Made by a program: the position numbers and the translations under genes | The notes under the pieces: generated by a model | What the model was told of the DNA's origin: nothing | The model's input: the letters and a program-made list of their open reading frames with translations, nothing else | The model's database searches: none | Shown here: in pieces, positions 41,487 to 51,291 of the stretch | Layout: every line of letters starts with the position of its first letter | Position numbering within the stretch: position 1 is the stretch's first letter | Origin: Patescibacteria group bacterium | Lineage (GTDB): Bacteria > Patescibacteriota > Minisyncoccia > Phycocordibacterales > PALSA-1337 | DNA length: 64,000 nucleotides | NCBI GenBank assembly: GCA_028865095.1 | Contig: JAGWLA010000001.1 | Location: 137,806-201,805 of the forward strand | Reading direction: 5' to 3'

Positions 41487-41907
41487 GGTGATTGAGATTA
41501 GATGTTGGTAAGGTGACGAGGGTAAGGGCTCGGCGAACAAGCGCTTCCTGTTCAGGGGAGAGGACATATTCCTGTTCGACTGTAGCGGTGACTTGGAGCT
41601 TATTCGAATAATCAGGATGATGCTTCTCCAGCCAGAACTTGATAGCGCCCAAGTTCTTGTCTTTGATGGCGGAGATGAGCTGGGATATGGCGATATCGGA
41701 TATGAGGCTCTTGCCTTCGCTCATGGCTTTGTCGACCGCCGTGGCAAAGTCTTTGTCCGCTTCACGCCAGCGATAGAAGGTGGCTTTGGAGACGCCGGAG
41801 CGCTCGCAGGCGATCTGGATGACAGGATTCTTTTCCAAGATCTGGATGAACTGCTCCTTGTCCTTCTTGATCCTCGCATTCACCGCCTTACGCTGCTTTT
41901 CGTTCAT
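41476..41907 (-). CDS. Phage terminase small subunit (HTH)
   Basis: 143 aa. HTH segment ACERSGVSKATFYRWRE. It lies immediately upstream of and overlapping terL. Confidence 0.55.
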   Translation of the reverse strand: MNEKQRKAVNARIKKDKEQFIQILEKNPVIQIACERSGVSKATFYRWREADKDFATAVDKAMSEGKSLISDIAISQLISAIKDKNLGAIKFWLEKHHPDYSNKLQVTATVEQEYVLSPEQEALVRRALTLVTLPTSNLNHHGD

Positions 41908-43234
41908 GGATTTTGACCGCTTTCTGGCCAGTTAGAAGCTGCCACCTTCGTCTGATAATCTCGGCGTAGACAGGGGACTTCTCCATGGTGTAGCAACGCC
42001 TGTGCATCTTGATGGCCGCCGCCCCTGTCGAACCGCTGCCGCCGAATGGCTCCACGATGAGATCATCGCGCTTAGTCATGACTTTGATGTAGGGAATGAG
42101 GATCTCTAAAGGCTTAGTGCCAAAGACGACACCTTGTCCTGATGACTTCTCATCAGCTGCCACATACTCGATGAAGTCGGTCGGCTGATACTTTTGACCC
42201 TTCTTGTATCCCTCCCAATGTGGTTTGCCTTGGATGGCATAAAGGGCAGTTTCATATTCGTTCTGGAAGATTTCAGCCTCGGGGCGCATATTAAGGCCGC
42301 GAGCTTTTTCGGACGATCCAACCATAGCGATATCGTGCTTGGAGAAGAGCTTGCAGGCGCCGGAGAAGCCTTGATTCCGGTTAGGGAGGTGCCAGACGAT
42401 CATGTTCCTGACTTTCCAATGCTTTTCCATCTCGCCCCAAATGGTGCGGATGTTCTTCCAGTTCTCATACACGATGATGTGGAAGTCATCCTTTGATATA
42501 TTCTTGACGCTCCGCATCCAGAGCTCCGTGAAGTTGTCAGGCAGGGAATCAGTCTCTAGATATCGTCTATCTCGCTTAGCTCCGAAGCCGGTCACGGCTG
42601 AGCCGTTCTTCTTTTTGCCGTGAAGATAATCTAAAATATAAGGAGGATCCGTCAGGCACATGTCGGCCTTCTCTCCATCAAGGAGCGTCTTCATGTCATC
42701 GGCTATAGTCGAGTCTCCGCACATGAGCTTGTTCGGTCCTATCTGCCAGACATCGCCCTTCTTGATCTCGATCGTCTTGATATCGAGCTTCTTTAGCTCC
42801 TTTTCAAGGTCGAATTGCTCGGGCGTATCGTCGTCCTCGAAGATGTGGTCAAGCTCTTCGCTCGAAAATCCGACCTCCGAGAGGAAGGCTTCGTCGAATT
42901 CAGCAAGCAAGTCGAAGTCCCATTCGCCGGTCGCTTTGTTGAGGCGGACGATCAAGTCCATCTCTTTTTTGCGGTCGGGGACGTTGATGTATACCACGGG
43001 CACTTCCTTGACCTTCATGCTTCGGAGCACGAAAGCGCGGAAGTTGCCGCCCAATATGACGCCCTTTCTGCTCGGGGCAGAGTTGACGATGAGTGGGTCG
43101 ATGATGCCGTGAAGCTCGAGACTCTCTTTGAGCTTCTCGGTCGCGACTTTCGACCAGTGACGCGGATTTTTCTCCGGGTGGCGGAGGGAGGCAAGGGGCA
43201 CGTACGCGATCTTGAGATCGTTCATTGTTCTCAT
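41888..43234 (-). CDS. ParB-like nuclease domain fused to DNA methyltransferase (phage-type)
   Basis: N-terminal ParB/Srx-like region (LRHPEKNPRHW), then methylase motif CLTDPPY and AdoMet motif EPFGGSGST. Confidence 0.75.
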   Translation of the reverse strand: MRTMNDLKIAYVPLASLRHPEKNPRHWSKVATEKLKESLELHGIIDPLIVNSAPSRKGVILGGNFRAFVLRSMKVKEVPVVYINVPDRKKEMDLIVRLNKATGEWDFDLLAEFDEAFLSEVGFSSEELDHIFEDDDTPEQFDLEKELKKLDIKTIEIKKGDVWQIGPNKLMCGDSTIADDMKTLLDGEKADMCLTDPPYILDYLHGKKKNGSAVTGFGAKRDRRYLETDSLPDNFTELWMRSVKNISKDDFHIIVYENWKNIRTIWGEMEKHWKVRNMIVWHLPNRNQGFSGACKLFSKHDIAMVGSSEKARGLNMRPEAEIFQNEYETALYAIQGKPHWEGYKKGQKYQPTDFIEYVAADEKSSGQGVVFGTKPLEILIPYIKVMTKRDDLIVEPFGGSGSTGAAAIKMHRRCYTMEKSPVYAEIIRRRWQLLTGQKAVKIHERKAA

Positions 43235-43745
43235 ATGAGTATGGCTCTGTATGCGCATAGGGAAAAACCCAAGGCAAACAAAGCAGATTAGACGCGAGAT
43301 TTGGTTTTCCAACCTTCTCGTAGTAAATAATGCTTCTGTTTGTTTTCTTGGGATTCCTGACCGTAAATAGTCTGAGAATCCGGCCAAATCATATCAGTGT
43401 ATCCAAAGTCGGTAGCTTACGCTGCTTTCCCGGGAGCCGGTATGGTTTGTCTAAGCAGAGAAGTCTCCTCGGTGTTATCTTCGGATGCTTCTTTATCTGC
43501 TCAGCGACTGTATGTTCCTTGCAGTCGATACGCCGGTGCTTTTTTCGGTGTGAACTTTAAAAAGCGACGTTGATATAATTATAACGGTTTTGTGGAAATT
43601 TGCTAGCACTATTCTATTGCAGATTGTCATGAGCTATGCCGTTTTCTAGTTGTTCTTTTTCCGCTTCCTGTTCCGAGTCTGCTCCCAATATCTTGAGAAT
43701 AAGACACCAAAAATAGCCACGAAGACTGTCTCATTAGTGGTTCAG

Positions 43746-44228
43746 TTACATTTCCGATTTCTTGATATATCTGTATTCATGCCAGGTGAGAAGTATTACG
43801 ATGGCATCCAGGATAGTTACACCAAGTACCCATAAAGAATGGCCAAGAGTGAATTGATATGTCTGATAGGCGATGAACGTGGCCAAGACGACCATCGTAA
43901 CTGGATAGGACCACAGCTTCTTCATCAAGAGTCCGACGACGAGGAATCCGATTATAAGCCCGTGGCTTATGAGATATAGCGCAGCCAAATGCTGAAATGA
44001 TACCGATAATTGTGAAGCGGAATGCATAACGTAGTTAGCGAAAAAATCATGCGGATCTTCGGCTAGCTCCTCGGCTGTGAGAGTCGTCGATAAACCGACG
44101 ATTGTAGTCTTGCTCACGAAAAGCACGATTATTCCGGAGACGACTTCCGAAAGCGCGTGCAAGCCTTTTGAGATGACGCTGATATCAAACAATCTTCGTA
44201 TAGTCTTTTCATTGAGAAGCTTGTCCAT
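43746..44228 (-). CDS. Hypothetical integral membrane protein
   Basis: 160 aa, 4 TM helices. Confidence 0.4.
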   Translation of the reverse strand: MDKLLNEKTIRRLFDISVISKGLHALSEVVSGIIVLFVSKTTIVGLSTTLTAEELAEDPHDFFANYVMHSASQLSVSFQHLAALYLISHGLIIGFLVVGLLMKKLWSYPVTMVVLATFIAYQTYQFTLGHSLWVLGVTILDAIVILLTWHEYRYIKKSEM

Positions 44229-44272
44229 AAGCGAATCATACCACCTTTCCTAGTCCATTCCAGTTGTTCACA

Positions 44273-44302
44273 TTGACACCATATACCCTCTACGGGTATC
44301 AT
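44273..44302 (+). promoter_or_regulatory. Promoter with CsoR-type operator (TTGACA-N18-TATCAT; palindrome ATACCCtctacGGGTAT) driving leaderless csoR
   Basis: -35 and -10 hexamers and an inverted repeat overlapping the spacer/-10. The ATG lies 6 nt after the -10. Confidence 0.55.
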
Positions 44303-44308
44303 GAGTGC

Positions 44309-44575
44309 ATGAAGCAGAACATAAAGAAGAGCGTGAAGAGGCGCCTGGCCATAGCATCAGGCCAGATCAAAGGAGTCCAGGAGATGGTCGAGCAGGAGAA
44401 ATACTGCGTGGACATAATCACGCAGATAGAGGCCGTGCGCGAGGCCCTGTCCGGCGTCGGCAACCTCATTCTCCAGAACCATCTGGAGACGCATGTCGCC
44501 GACGACATCAAACATGGCAGGGAAAAGAAGGCTAACGACGAGATCCTGAAGATCTACAAGCTGGCGCAAAAGTAG
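44309..44575 (+). CDS. csoR: CsoR/RcnR-family metal-sensing transcriptional repressor
   Basis: GQIKGVQEMVEQEKYCVDIITQIEAVREAL contains the conserved Cys/His metal-ligand helix of CsoR. Confidence 0.75.
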   Translation: MKQNIKKSVKRRLAIASGQIKGVQEMVEQEKYCVDIITQIEAVREALSGVGNLILQNHLETHVADDIKHGREKKANDEILKIYKLAQK

Positions 44576-44610
44576 TTTTATAAGCCATGTATCAAACTAA
44601 TCAAAATAAT

Positions 44611-45261
44611 ATGAAGAAGATCATTACCACTGCATTGTTCCTGTCTCTCGCGGCCGTCATCAGTCTAGTTTCGGTTCGTTCGACCAACGCCCAGATGATG
44701 GGTGGATACTACAGCCAAGCACCTGCCGCTTCAGCTACATCATCGTCCGGTTCCACGGCTATGGATTCTGAAGAAGCCGCGGGCCAAGCGCTGGCGCAAA
44801 AGTTGCAGGCTAAGACTGTTGACTGCTCGAACTTAACGCAAAACGACTACCAGTCTCTCGGCGAGTACTACATGAGCCTCATGATGGGTTCCGGCCACGA
44901 TGCCATGGATAACTACATCGTCAGCCGTTACGGACAGTCTTACGACGATCAAATGCATATAGCCATGGGCGAACGCTTCTCCGGCTGCAATGTCAATGTC
45001 TCATTTCCCGCAGGTATGATGGGCTTCGGGCCGATGATGGGAGGTTATGGCTGGAGCGGCAACGGCTATCAGAGCGGCCAGAATGGCAATTGGTCAGGCT
45101 ACGGTATGATGGGCTGGGGCTTTCCTGGAATGATGAGCGGTTATGGATTCGGCGGCGGTTACGGCTGGAGCGATTGGATATTCTCGATCGTCATATGGGC
45201 GTTCGCCATAGTCGGCCTTGTCGCGCTCATACGCTGGATCGCGCTTCGCAACAAGAAGTAA
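44611..45261 (+). CDS. Exported Met/Gly-rich protein with C-terminal TM anchor; putative Cu(I)-binding
   Basis: Signal peptide, repeated MMGG/GMMG motifs, C-terminal hydrophobic helix. Confidence 0.5.
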   Translation: MKKIITTALFLSLAAVISLVSVRSTNAQMMGGYYSQAPAASATSSSGSTAMDSEEAAGQALAQKLQAKTVDCSNLTQNDYQSLGEYYMSLMMGSGHDAMDNYIVSRYGQSYDDQMHIAMGERFSGCNVNVSFPAGMMGFGPMMGGYGWSGNGYQSGQNGNWSGYGMMGWGFPGMMSGYGFGGGYGWSDWIFSIVIWAFAIVGLVALIRWIALRNKK

Positions 45262-45276
45262 AGAGTAATATACTAC

Positions 45277-45681
45277 ATGGCGCAGGCTTACAAAAACATG
45301 AAAATCAAATCATCAACTATCATACGTATCGGTTTGGCATTCGCTTTTTTGGCCAATTCGCTCACAGCTTTCATCTCGCCTAACGACTTCAAGGAACTTT
45401 TGGATGCGACATTCATCTCAGGCCTGTTGCCATTCCTTGCCTCGCCGGCATTCATATATGTGATAGGTATCAATGACGCGTTGGTTTCAGTCCTGCTTTT
45501 TTCTGGAGGCAGACGAGCCAGAATCATAGAGTGGTGGGCGCTTCTGTGGCTCATCGGCGTGCTCATTATCAAGGCGACGGGAGGGAATTACTTCGATGCC
45601 CTCGAAGAGGTGGGCTTCGCAGCCATGGCTCTGGCCATCATAGTTCACGGCAGGCATACGCGCCAGGATATCCACAGTTGA
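45277..45681 (+). CDS. Hypothetical membrane protein
   Basis: 134 aa, about 4 TM helices. Confidence 0.4.
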   Translation: MAQAYKNMKIKSSTIIRIGLAFAFLANSLTAFISPNDFKELLDATFISGLLPFLASPAFIYVIGINDALVSVLLFSGGRRARIIEWWALLWLIGVLIIKATGGNYFDALEEVGFAAMALAIIVHGRHTRQDIHS

Positions 45682-45706
45682 CATATATACCCTATGGGGG
45701 TATCAT
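45678..45706 (+). promoter_or_regulatory. Second promoter with CsoR-type operator (TTGACA-N17-TATCAT; ATACCCtatGGGGGTAT) driving the ATPase gene
   Basis: Same architecture as the csoR promoter. The ATG lies 6 nt after the -10. Confidence 0.55.
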
Positions 45707-45712
45707 GGCCGC

Positions 45713-48073
45713 ATGAATGAGACAAAGCACATGTATACATGTCCCATGCATCCGGAAGTGAGACAAGACAAGCCGGGACGATGCTCGAAATGCAGCATGT
45801 TTCTGGTGCAAGAAGGCGATTCGTCTCATGGGTATGGTGATCACGGGGAACATCGGTCCGAGCAAGCTTCAAAGAACGAATCAGAGCACGATTGTTGCGC
45901 CAATCATGTTGAAAAGGCTATGAAGGACAATGGCCACGACTATCATCATGGTGCGAAATCGCCAGTAGCCGCTCCATCTGGATCCGGAATATTTTACACC
46001 TGCCCAATGGATCCGGACGTTATATCCGACAGGCCCGGGGAATGCCCGAAGTGCGGCATGGATCTGGTGCCCATGGATATGGGTGGTGCGAATGACAGTC
46101 ATGAAGGTCACACCGGTCACGGCCGCGGAGCAGAGCAGGATTTCAAACTACGATTTCTTATCACGTTGCCGCTCGTCCTTCTGGTCACGGCTCTGTCGCC
46201 GAACATAGAGAAATGGTTCCACTTCAACCTGGCTTTTCCCGGCATGGGATTCGTGACGTTCCTTCTCGGCGCATTCGTCTTCGCATACGGTGGCTGGCCA
46301 TTCTTCAAGGCGGCCAAAGGCGAGCTCTCGCACAAGCTTCCGGCCATGATGACTCTGGTTGCATTCGGCATCACGGTAGCCTTCGGATTTTCTGTAGCCA
46401 CCACGTTCCTGTTTCCTGGAGAATCGCTCTACTGGGAGATGTCAACATTGATCTCTGTCTTTTTGCTCGGCCATTGGCTCGAGATGCGGGCTGTTCGTGG
46501 TGCTACAGGTGCTTTGACGGAATTGGCCAAGCTCATTCCACCATCCGCCCATTTGATTGGAAGTGGCAATGTCAAAGAAGTCCAAACGAGCGAGCTTGCC
46601 ATAGGCAACCGCGTACTGGTGAAGCCTGGCGAAAAGATTCCAATTGACGGCAGAGTCATTGAAGGCGAGAGTTCCGTAAATGAGTCCATGATAACCGGCG
46701 AATCGAGGCCGATTTCAAAGAAGGCCGGCGACGCAGTTATTGGCGGCTCTCTCAATCAAGACGGATCGCTTACAATCGAAGTGTCGAAGACGGGTGCCGA
46801 TACGGCCATATCGCAGATAATGAAACTGGTTCGCGAAGCCCAAGGCTCCAAGCCGAATGTCCAGCACTTGGCTGATCGCGCCGCAGCCGTTCTGTTCTAT
46901 GTCGCTATGGTCGCCGGCATCGCCTCGTTCTCATTCTGGTACTTCGCCTCGCCACAAGGTGCTATATTCGCCGCGACAGTTGCCGTGGCGGCCATCGTTG
47001 TGGCTTGCCCGCATGCACTCGGCTTGGCGATTCCGACTGTTACGTCGATCACTTCGACGCTCGGCGCCAGGAATGGCATCCTTATAAAGGACATGAAAGG
47101 CCTTGAAGCGGCGCGCAAGCTCGATTATGTTATTTTCGACAAAACAGGAACTCTGACGAAAGGGGAATTCGGTGTTGCCGATGTTATTCTCGCTAAGGAC
47201 TCGAATATAAGCCGGAATGAGATGCTGAAGCTGGCTGCGGCCGTGGAAGTGTCGTCACAGCATTCTATCGGGAAGGGCATAGTCGACGACGCCAAGAGGA
47301 AGAACATAGCCATCCCGAGCGCCAAGGGTTTCAAATCATACCCCGGCAGAGGCGCTTCCGCTGAAGTAGATGGCAAGAATGTCATTGTCGGCAACAGGAA
47401 GCTCATGGAGGAATTGAATGTCTCGATCGATGAAAGTCCGGCCGCTGGATCGAAGATCGGCACGCCAGTCTATGTTGCGGTAAATAGCTCATTCGCAGGT
47501 GTGATCCTTCTGGAAGACATTATCAGAGACGAATCCAAAGCGACTATTCAAAAGCTGCACGACATGGGCATAAAGACGGCCATGCTCACCGGCGACACTG
47601 CGGACATAGCCGAAGCGGTCGGCAAGGAGCTCGGCATAGACACGGTATTCGCCCATGTCTTGCCCGAAGACAAGGTGAACAAGGTCAAAGAATTGCAAAA
47701 TGGCGGCAACATTGTGGCTATGGTCGGCGACGGTGTCAATGACGCGGCAGCGCTCACCCAGTCCCATGTAGGAATCGCTATAGGTGCCGGTACCGATGTA
47801 GCGGTTGCATCAGCTTCGATCGTGCTCATGAAAAGCAATCCATTGGATGTGGCCAAGGCAATCGCGCTTAGTCTAAAGACGAATTCTAAAATGGTTCAGA
47901 ATCTGGCTTGGGCTACCGGCTACAACGTTTTCGCCATTCCTGTAGCGGCCGGCGTCCTCTATCCGTCGCTTGGTATTCTCTTGAGACCGGAATGGGCAGC
48001 GCTCCTCATGAGCGCTTCGTCGGTAATAGTCGTCTTAAACGCTCTCCTCCTGCGAAGGGAAAAGTTGAGTTGA
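45713..48073 (+). CDS. copB: Copper-translocating P1B-type ATPase (CPH motif, P1B-3/CopB-like) with two N-terminal CPMHPE/CPKCGM metal-binding modules
   Basis: TGES, CPH in TM6, DKTGTLT, GDGVNDA; N-terminal TCPMHPEV...CSKCSM and TCPMDPDV...CPKCGM. Confidence 0.9.
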   Translation: MNETKHMYTCPMHPEVRQDKPGRCSKCSMFLVQEGDSSHGYGDHGEHRSEQASKNESEHDCCANHVEKAMKDNGHDYHHGAKSPVAAPSGSGIFYTCPMDPDVISDRPGECPKCGMDLVPMDMGGANDSHEGHTGHGRGAEQDFKLRFLITLPLVLLVTALSPNIEKWFHFNLAFPGMGFVTFLLGAFVFAYGGWPFFKAAKGELSHKLPAMMTLVAFGITVAFGFSVATTFLFPGESLYWEMSTLISVFLLGHWLEMRAVRGATGALTELAKLIPPSAHLIGSGNVKEVQTSELAIGNRVLVKPGEKIPIDGRVIEGESSVNESMITGESRPISKKAGDAVIGGSLNQDGSLTIEVSKTGADTAISQIMKLVREAQGSKPNVQHLADRAAAVLFYVAMVAGIASFSFWYFASPQGAIFAATVAVAAIVVACPHALGLAIPTVTSITSTLGARNGILIKDMKGLEAARKLDYVIFDKTGTLTKGEFGVADVILAKDSNISRNEMLKLAAAVEVSSQHSIGKGIVDDAKRKNIAIPSAKGFKSYPGRGASAEVDGKNVIVGNRKLMEELNVSIDESPAAGSKIGTPVYVAVNSSFAGVILLEDIIRDESKATIQKLHDMGIKTAMLTGDTADIAEAVGKELGIDTVFAHVLPEDKVNKVKELQNGGNIVAMVGDGVNDAAALTQSHVGIAIGAGTDVAVASASIVLMKSNPLDVAKAIALSLKTNSKMVQNLAWATGYNVFAIPVAAGVLYPSLGILLRPEWAALLMSASSVIVVLNALLLRREKLS

Positions 48074-48081
48074 TCAAAACC

Positions 48082-48462
48082 ATGAAGCGTCTTTCCATTA
48101 TCCTCATAATCTCTCTGATCATAACCGGCATATTCGGCTTCACGTCCATGAATCATTCCGGCGGCTGTGCCTTCGCGCCCGGCGGCAACAGCGATTGTCC
48201 GCCTACGGCCATAGGCATGATAATGCATCACGTTGATTCGTACCTACAGTTCTTTTCAGCCATGCCCATGGCGGCCTCTTTGTCTGTACTGGCCATGGCA
48301 TTGCTTGTTTTGTCCGTTTTCGACGTCTGGCCTCAAGGACTCAAGCCTCCGAAACTGTCTTTCACATTTGAACGTGTCCGTGACCGCGGGGCTGGATTCA
48401 TAAAAGATAGAGATTTTATACGTTGGCTCTCGTTATTTGAGAACAGTCCGTCCTTCGAATAG
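48082..48462 (+). CDS. Hypothetical small membrane protein with Cys/His/Met residues
   Basis: 126 aa from the internal ATG after the copB stop; two TM helices. Confidence 0.4.
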   Translation: MKRLSIILIISLIITGIFGFTSMNHSGGCAFAPGGNSDCPPTAIGMIMHHVDSYLQFFSAMPMAASLSVLAMALLVLSVFDVWPQGLKPPKLSFTFERVRDRGAGFIKDRDFIRWLSLFENSPSFE

Positions 48463-48494
48463 ATTTTTGCTTACAAGCTTAATCTATTCGAAAC

Positions 48495-49007
48495 ATGAAA
48501 CCAAAAACCATATTCATCATTCTTGCTGTCTGCCTTGTCTTGGCGGGACTGCTCACATGGAGCTATATAAAGAGCGGCGCTAGTGCCGAATCCGTCCAGG
48601 GTGTCTCTCAGACTGGAGCCAAAAGCGCTCTTACAGCCACGACCACATTCTATGACCTGGGAAATATGCCTATAAACGGCGGAGAAGTGACCAAGGAATT
48701 CACGGTCGCCAATCCGACCGACAAAGATATATTCGTGAGCACGCTTATCACTTCGTGCATGTGCACGAATGCTTATATCATCGAGCCCGACGGCAGCACC
48801 AAGGGGCCGTTCGGCATGCTCGGCATGGGTTACGTGCCGCCGGCCGACGAAACTATCAAAGCCGGTGAAAGTCGGATCATCCGCGTGGTCTTCAATCCTG
48901 CCGCTCATGGCCCGGCAGGTCTGGGCATGATCGACAGATTCATCACTCTCACCGACTCCGCGGGCGGCACGCTTGTGCTGGAGATAAAAGGAGTCGTGAC
49001 GCCTTAA
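48495..49007 (+). CDS. DUF1573-domain exported protein
   Basis: Signal peptide, and a TSCMCT motif corresponding to the SCGCT signature of DUF1573. Confidence 0.5.
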   Translation: MKPKTIFIILAVCLVLAGLLTWSYIKSGASAESVQGVSQTGAKSALTATTTFYDLGNMPINGGEVTKEFTVANPTDKDIFVSTLITSCMCTNAYIIEPDGSTKGPFGMLGMGYVPPADETIKAGESRIIRVVFNPAAHGPAGLGMIDRFITLTDSAGGTLVLEIKGVVTP

Positions 49008-49011
49008 CACC

Positions 49012-49791
49012 ATGAAGAAACTCATTATAGGTTTAAGCGTACTTGCGGCCGCCATAATAGGCGTCGTCGTTCTGCAATACAGCTCTGGCTTGTCCGGCTT
49101 CCTGTGGAGCATGTCGGGCGGCGGTGCTTGGCTCTTGCCACTGGTTGCATTCTCGGCGCTCCTTGACAGCGTCCACCCGTGTTCGTTCTCCATCCTCCTC
49201 ATAACGATCGCATTTCTATTCGCCATGCAACTGGGTCGAAAGAAAATATTGGCAGTCGGCGGTCTCTACATAGTCGGCATATTCGCGGCTTACTTCGCTA
49301 TAGGCGTGGGCGTCCTGCAGGTCATACACCTGTTCAATACGCCGCACTTCATGGGTAAACTGGGAGCGGCTTTGCTCATCGGCTTCGGCCTGCTCAATAT
49401 CATCGACGCCATATTCCCGAAGTTTCCGCTCAAGCTGAAGATACCCGATGCGGCACACGCCTCAATGGGGAGGTTGATAAATGCCATATCTCTTCCAGCC
49501 GCGTTCGGCCTCGGCCTTCTGGTCGGCCTGTGCCAATTCCCATGCATGGGTGGTCCTTACCTTATGGTCATCGGCCTTCTGCACGATCACATGACATACT
49601 TCCGCGGCGTCGGCTATCTGTTCCTGTACAACTTGATATTGATCGCTCCTCTGGTCGCCACGCTATGGATCGCCGCCAATCAGACGATGATAGACAAGGT
49701 CAAGGAATGGAAGACGCGGAGCATGAGGAATGTGCATCTGTGGGCCGGCATAGCCATGATCATTATCGGCATAGCGGTGCTATACATCTAA
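49012..49791 (+). CDS. CcdA/DsbD-family thiol:disulfide electron-transfer membrane protein
   Basis: About 6 TM helices, with conserved Cys in TM1 (VHPCSF) and TM4 (CQFPCM). Confidence 0.6.
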   Translation: MKKLIIGLSVLAAAIIGVVVLQYSSGLSGFLWSMSGGGAWLLPLVAFSALLDSVHPCSFSILLITIAFLFAMQLGRKKILAVGGLYIVGIFAAYFAIGVGVLQVIHLFNTPHFMGKLGAALLIGFGLLNIIDAIFPKFPLKLKIPDAAHASMGRLINAISLPAAFGLGLLVGLCQFPCMGGPYLMVIGLLHDHMTYFRGVGYLFLYNLILIAPLVATLWIAANQTMIDKVKEWKTRSMRNVHLWAGIAMIIIGIAVLYI

Positions 49792-49795
49792 GACC

Positions 49796-49963
49796 ATGAA
49801 TGCCAAAAAACGATTCAAGCTCGGCGATCTCATCGCCAAGATAACGAAAGCGCTCGGCATTCCTCATTGTCTCAAATGCGAGAAGCGCAGAGTCATCCTC
49901 AATGACCTTCAGGAAGCCGGATTGCAAGAGACTATCAAGAAATTAAAAGATTGTTGCAAATAA
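49796..49963 (+). CDS. Small Cys-containing protein (55 aa; below ORF-track cutoff)
   Basis: ATG...TAA with HCLKCEK and a C-terminal DCCK. The gap between ccdA and the next gene is otherwise unexplained. Confidence 0.3.
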   Translation: MNAKKRFKLGDLIAKITKALGIPHCLKCEKRRVILNDLQEAGLQETIKKLKDCCK

Positions 49964-49966
49964 ATT

Positions 49967-50803
49967 ATGGAAGAAAAACGAAATACATTAACCTTGCCGG
50001 GAGCGATCATAATCGCCGGCACGTTCATCGCTGTCACTATTCTCTTAAAGTGGGCTCCAGCCAAAGAACAGTCGAGTATCCAAGCTCCTATAAACCAAGT
50101 ATCGGCGACCATTATCGATGGAGGTCATATTCTGTCCCTTAAGACTGAACAGGCCATGCTTGCAGAACTCCAGAAAGACGGGGTGATCGATGGTTCAAAA
50201 TTGCCGCAGGTGACCGAGCTCAATCTGCTCTGGGCATTCGGACTGGCGAACGAGAACCCCATTCTCGAGAACGGGCCTATCGCCGACCTGCGCTACGGGG
50301 GTCCCATGAACATGGCGTCTGTGGGCGGCTGGACGGTTTCGGTCGGATCTCCGTCTAATCATATGGACAAGCATGTGCTTGCAACCCTTACTCCGGATCA
50401 GCAGTCCCTCGTCGAGAAAATATCGAAAGGAATATATAGACCGTGCTGCGACAACTCGACATATTTTCCGGACTGCAATCACGGCATGGCCATGCTAGGG
50501 CTTCTCGAATATCTCGCTTCACAAGGTGTGACTGAAGGAGAGATGTGGAACGCCGCTCTTACGGCAAATATGACGTGGTTTCCGGATGCGTATCAGACGA
50601 TTGCTGAATATACGAAGCAACAAGGCATGTCGGCAAAGGACATAAGCCCGCAGACGATTCTCGGCCAGGACTATTCAAGCGCCTCAGGTTTCGCCAAGAT
50701 CAGCTCGCAGGTGCCACAACAGCAGAAACAGAGCTCGCAGAGTTGCGGCGTGAATGCGAGCACGCCGGCGGACGTGCCGAAGCAGCCGAGCTGTGGAGTA
50801 TAG
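49967..50803 (+). CDS. Hypothetical membrane-anchored protein with Cys cluster
   Basis: N-terminal TM and a YRPCCDNSTYFPDCNHG motif. Confidence 0.45.
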   Translation: MEEKRNTLTLPGAIIIAGTFIAVTILLKWAPAKEQSSIQAPINQVSATIIDGGHILSLKTEQAMLAELQKDGVIDGSKLPQVTELNLLWAFGLANENPILENGPIADLRYGGPMNMASVGGWTVSVGSPSNHMDKHVLATLTPDQQSLVEKISKGIYRPCCDNSTYFPDCNHGMAMLGLLEYLASQGVTEGEMWNAALTANMTWFPDAYQTIAEYTKQQGMSAKDISPQTILGQDYSSASGFAKISSQVPQQQKQSSQSCGVNASTPADVPKQPSCGV

Positions 50804-50829
50804 ATTATCTTCATGATACTATTTTTCAA

Positions 50830-51291
50830 ATGGATGGTTTCTTCATATTCTGCGCTCAATATCTCTTCATAGTGCCGGTCTTGATCCTCGGCATCTACTT
50901 TCTACTGCAGCCGCGAGCAAACTGGAAGCACATGGCTATATTCGCCATATCGGCTGCGTTGCTTGCATATCTCATAGCCGTGATCGGCGGGTTGCTCTAC
51001 TATGATCCTCGCCCGTTCGTCGTAGGTAACTTTACGTCACTCATCCCGCACGCGCCGGACAATGGTTTTCCATCTGATCATGCGCTCCTCGTATCGGCGA
51101 TCGCAATGATCGGAACGATTTGGAACAAGAGATTGGGTCTCGCTCTCTGGTTCATCGCCTTGTTTGTCATGGCGGGAAGGGTATACGTCGGGGTGCACCA
51201 TCCTATCGACGTCATCGGAAGCGCGGTTATAGCCATTGGAGCAGTTGTGGCGATGAAGCAAGTCTTATCTAGAGCAACAAAGATCACATAA
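50830..51291 (+). CDS. PAP2-family phosphatase (membrane)
   Basis: PAP2 motifs PSDH and GRVYVGVHHPIDV. Confidence 0.7.
   Translation: MDGFFIFCAQYLFIVPVLILGIYFLLQPRANWKHMAIFAISAALLAYLIAVIGGLLYYDPRPFVVGNFTSLIPHAPDNGFPSDHALLVSAIAMIGTIWNKRLGLALWFIALFVMAGRVYVGVHHPIDVIGSAVIAIGAVVAMKQVLSRATKIT

Noticed and set aside
43330-43835. Small ORFs in the AT-rich 450-nt intergenic region (43330-43560, 43650-43835)
   Set aside because: They have low-complexity composition. The region more likely holds phage-type regulatory DNA. Nothing verifiable.
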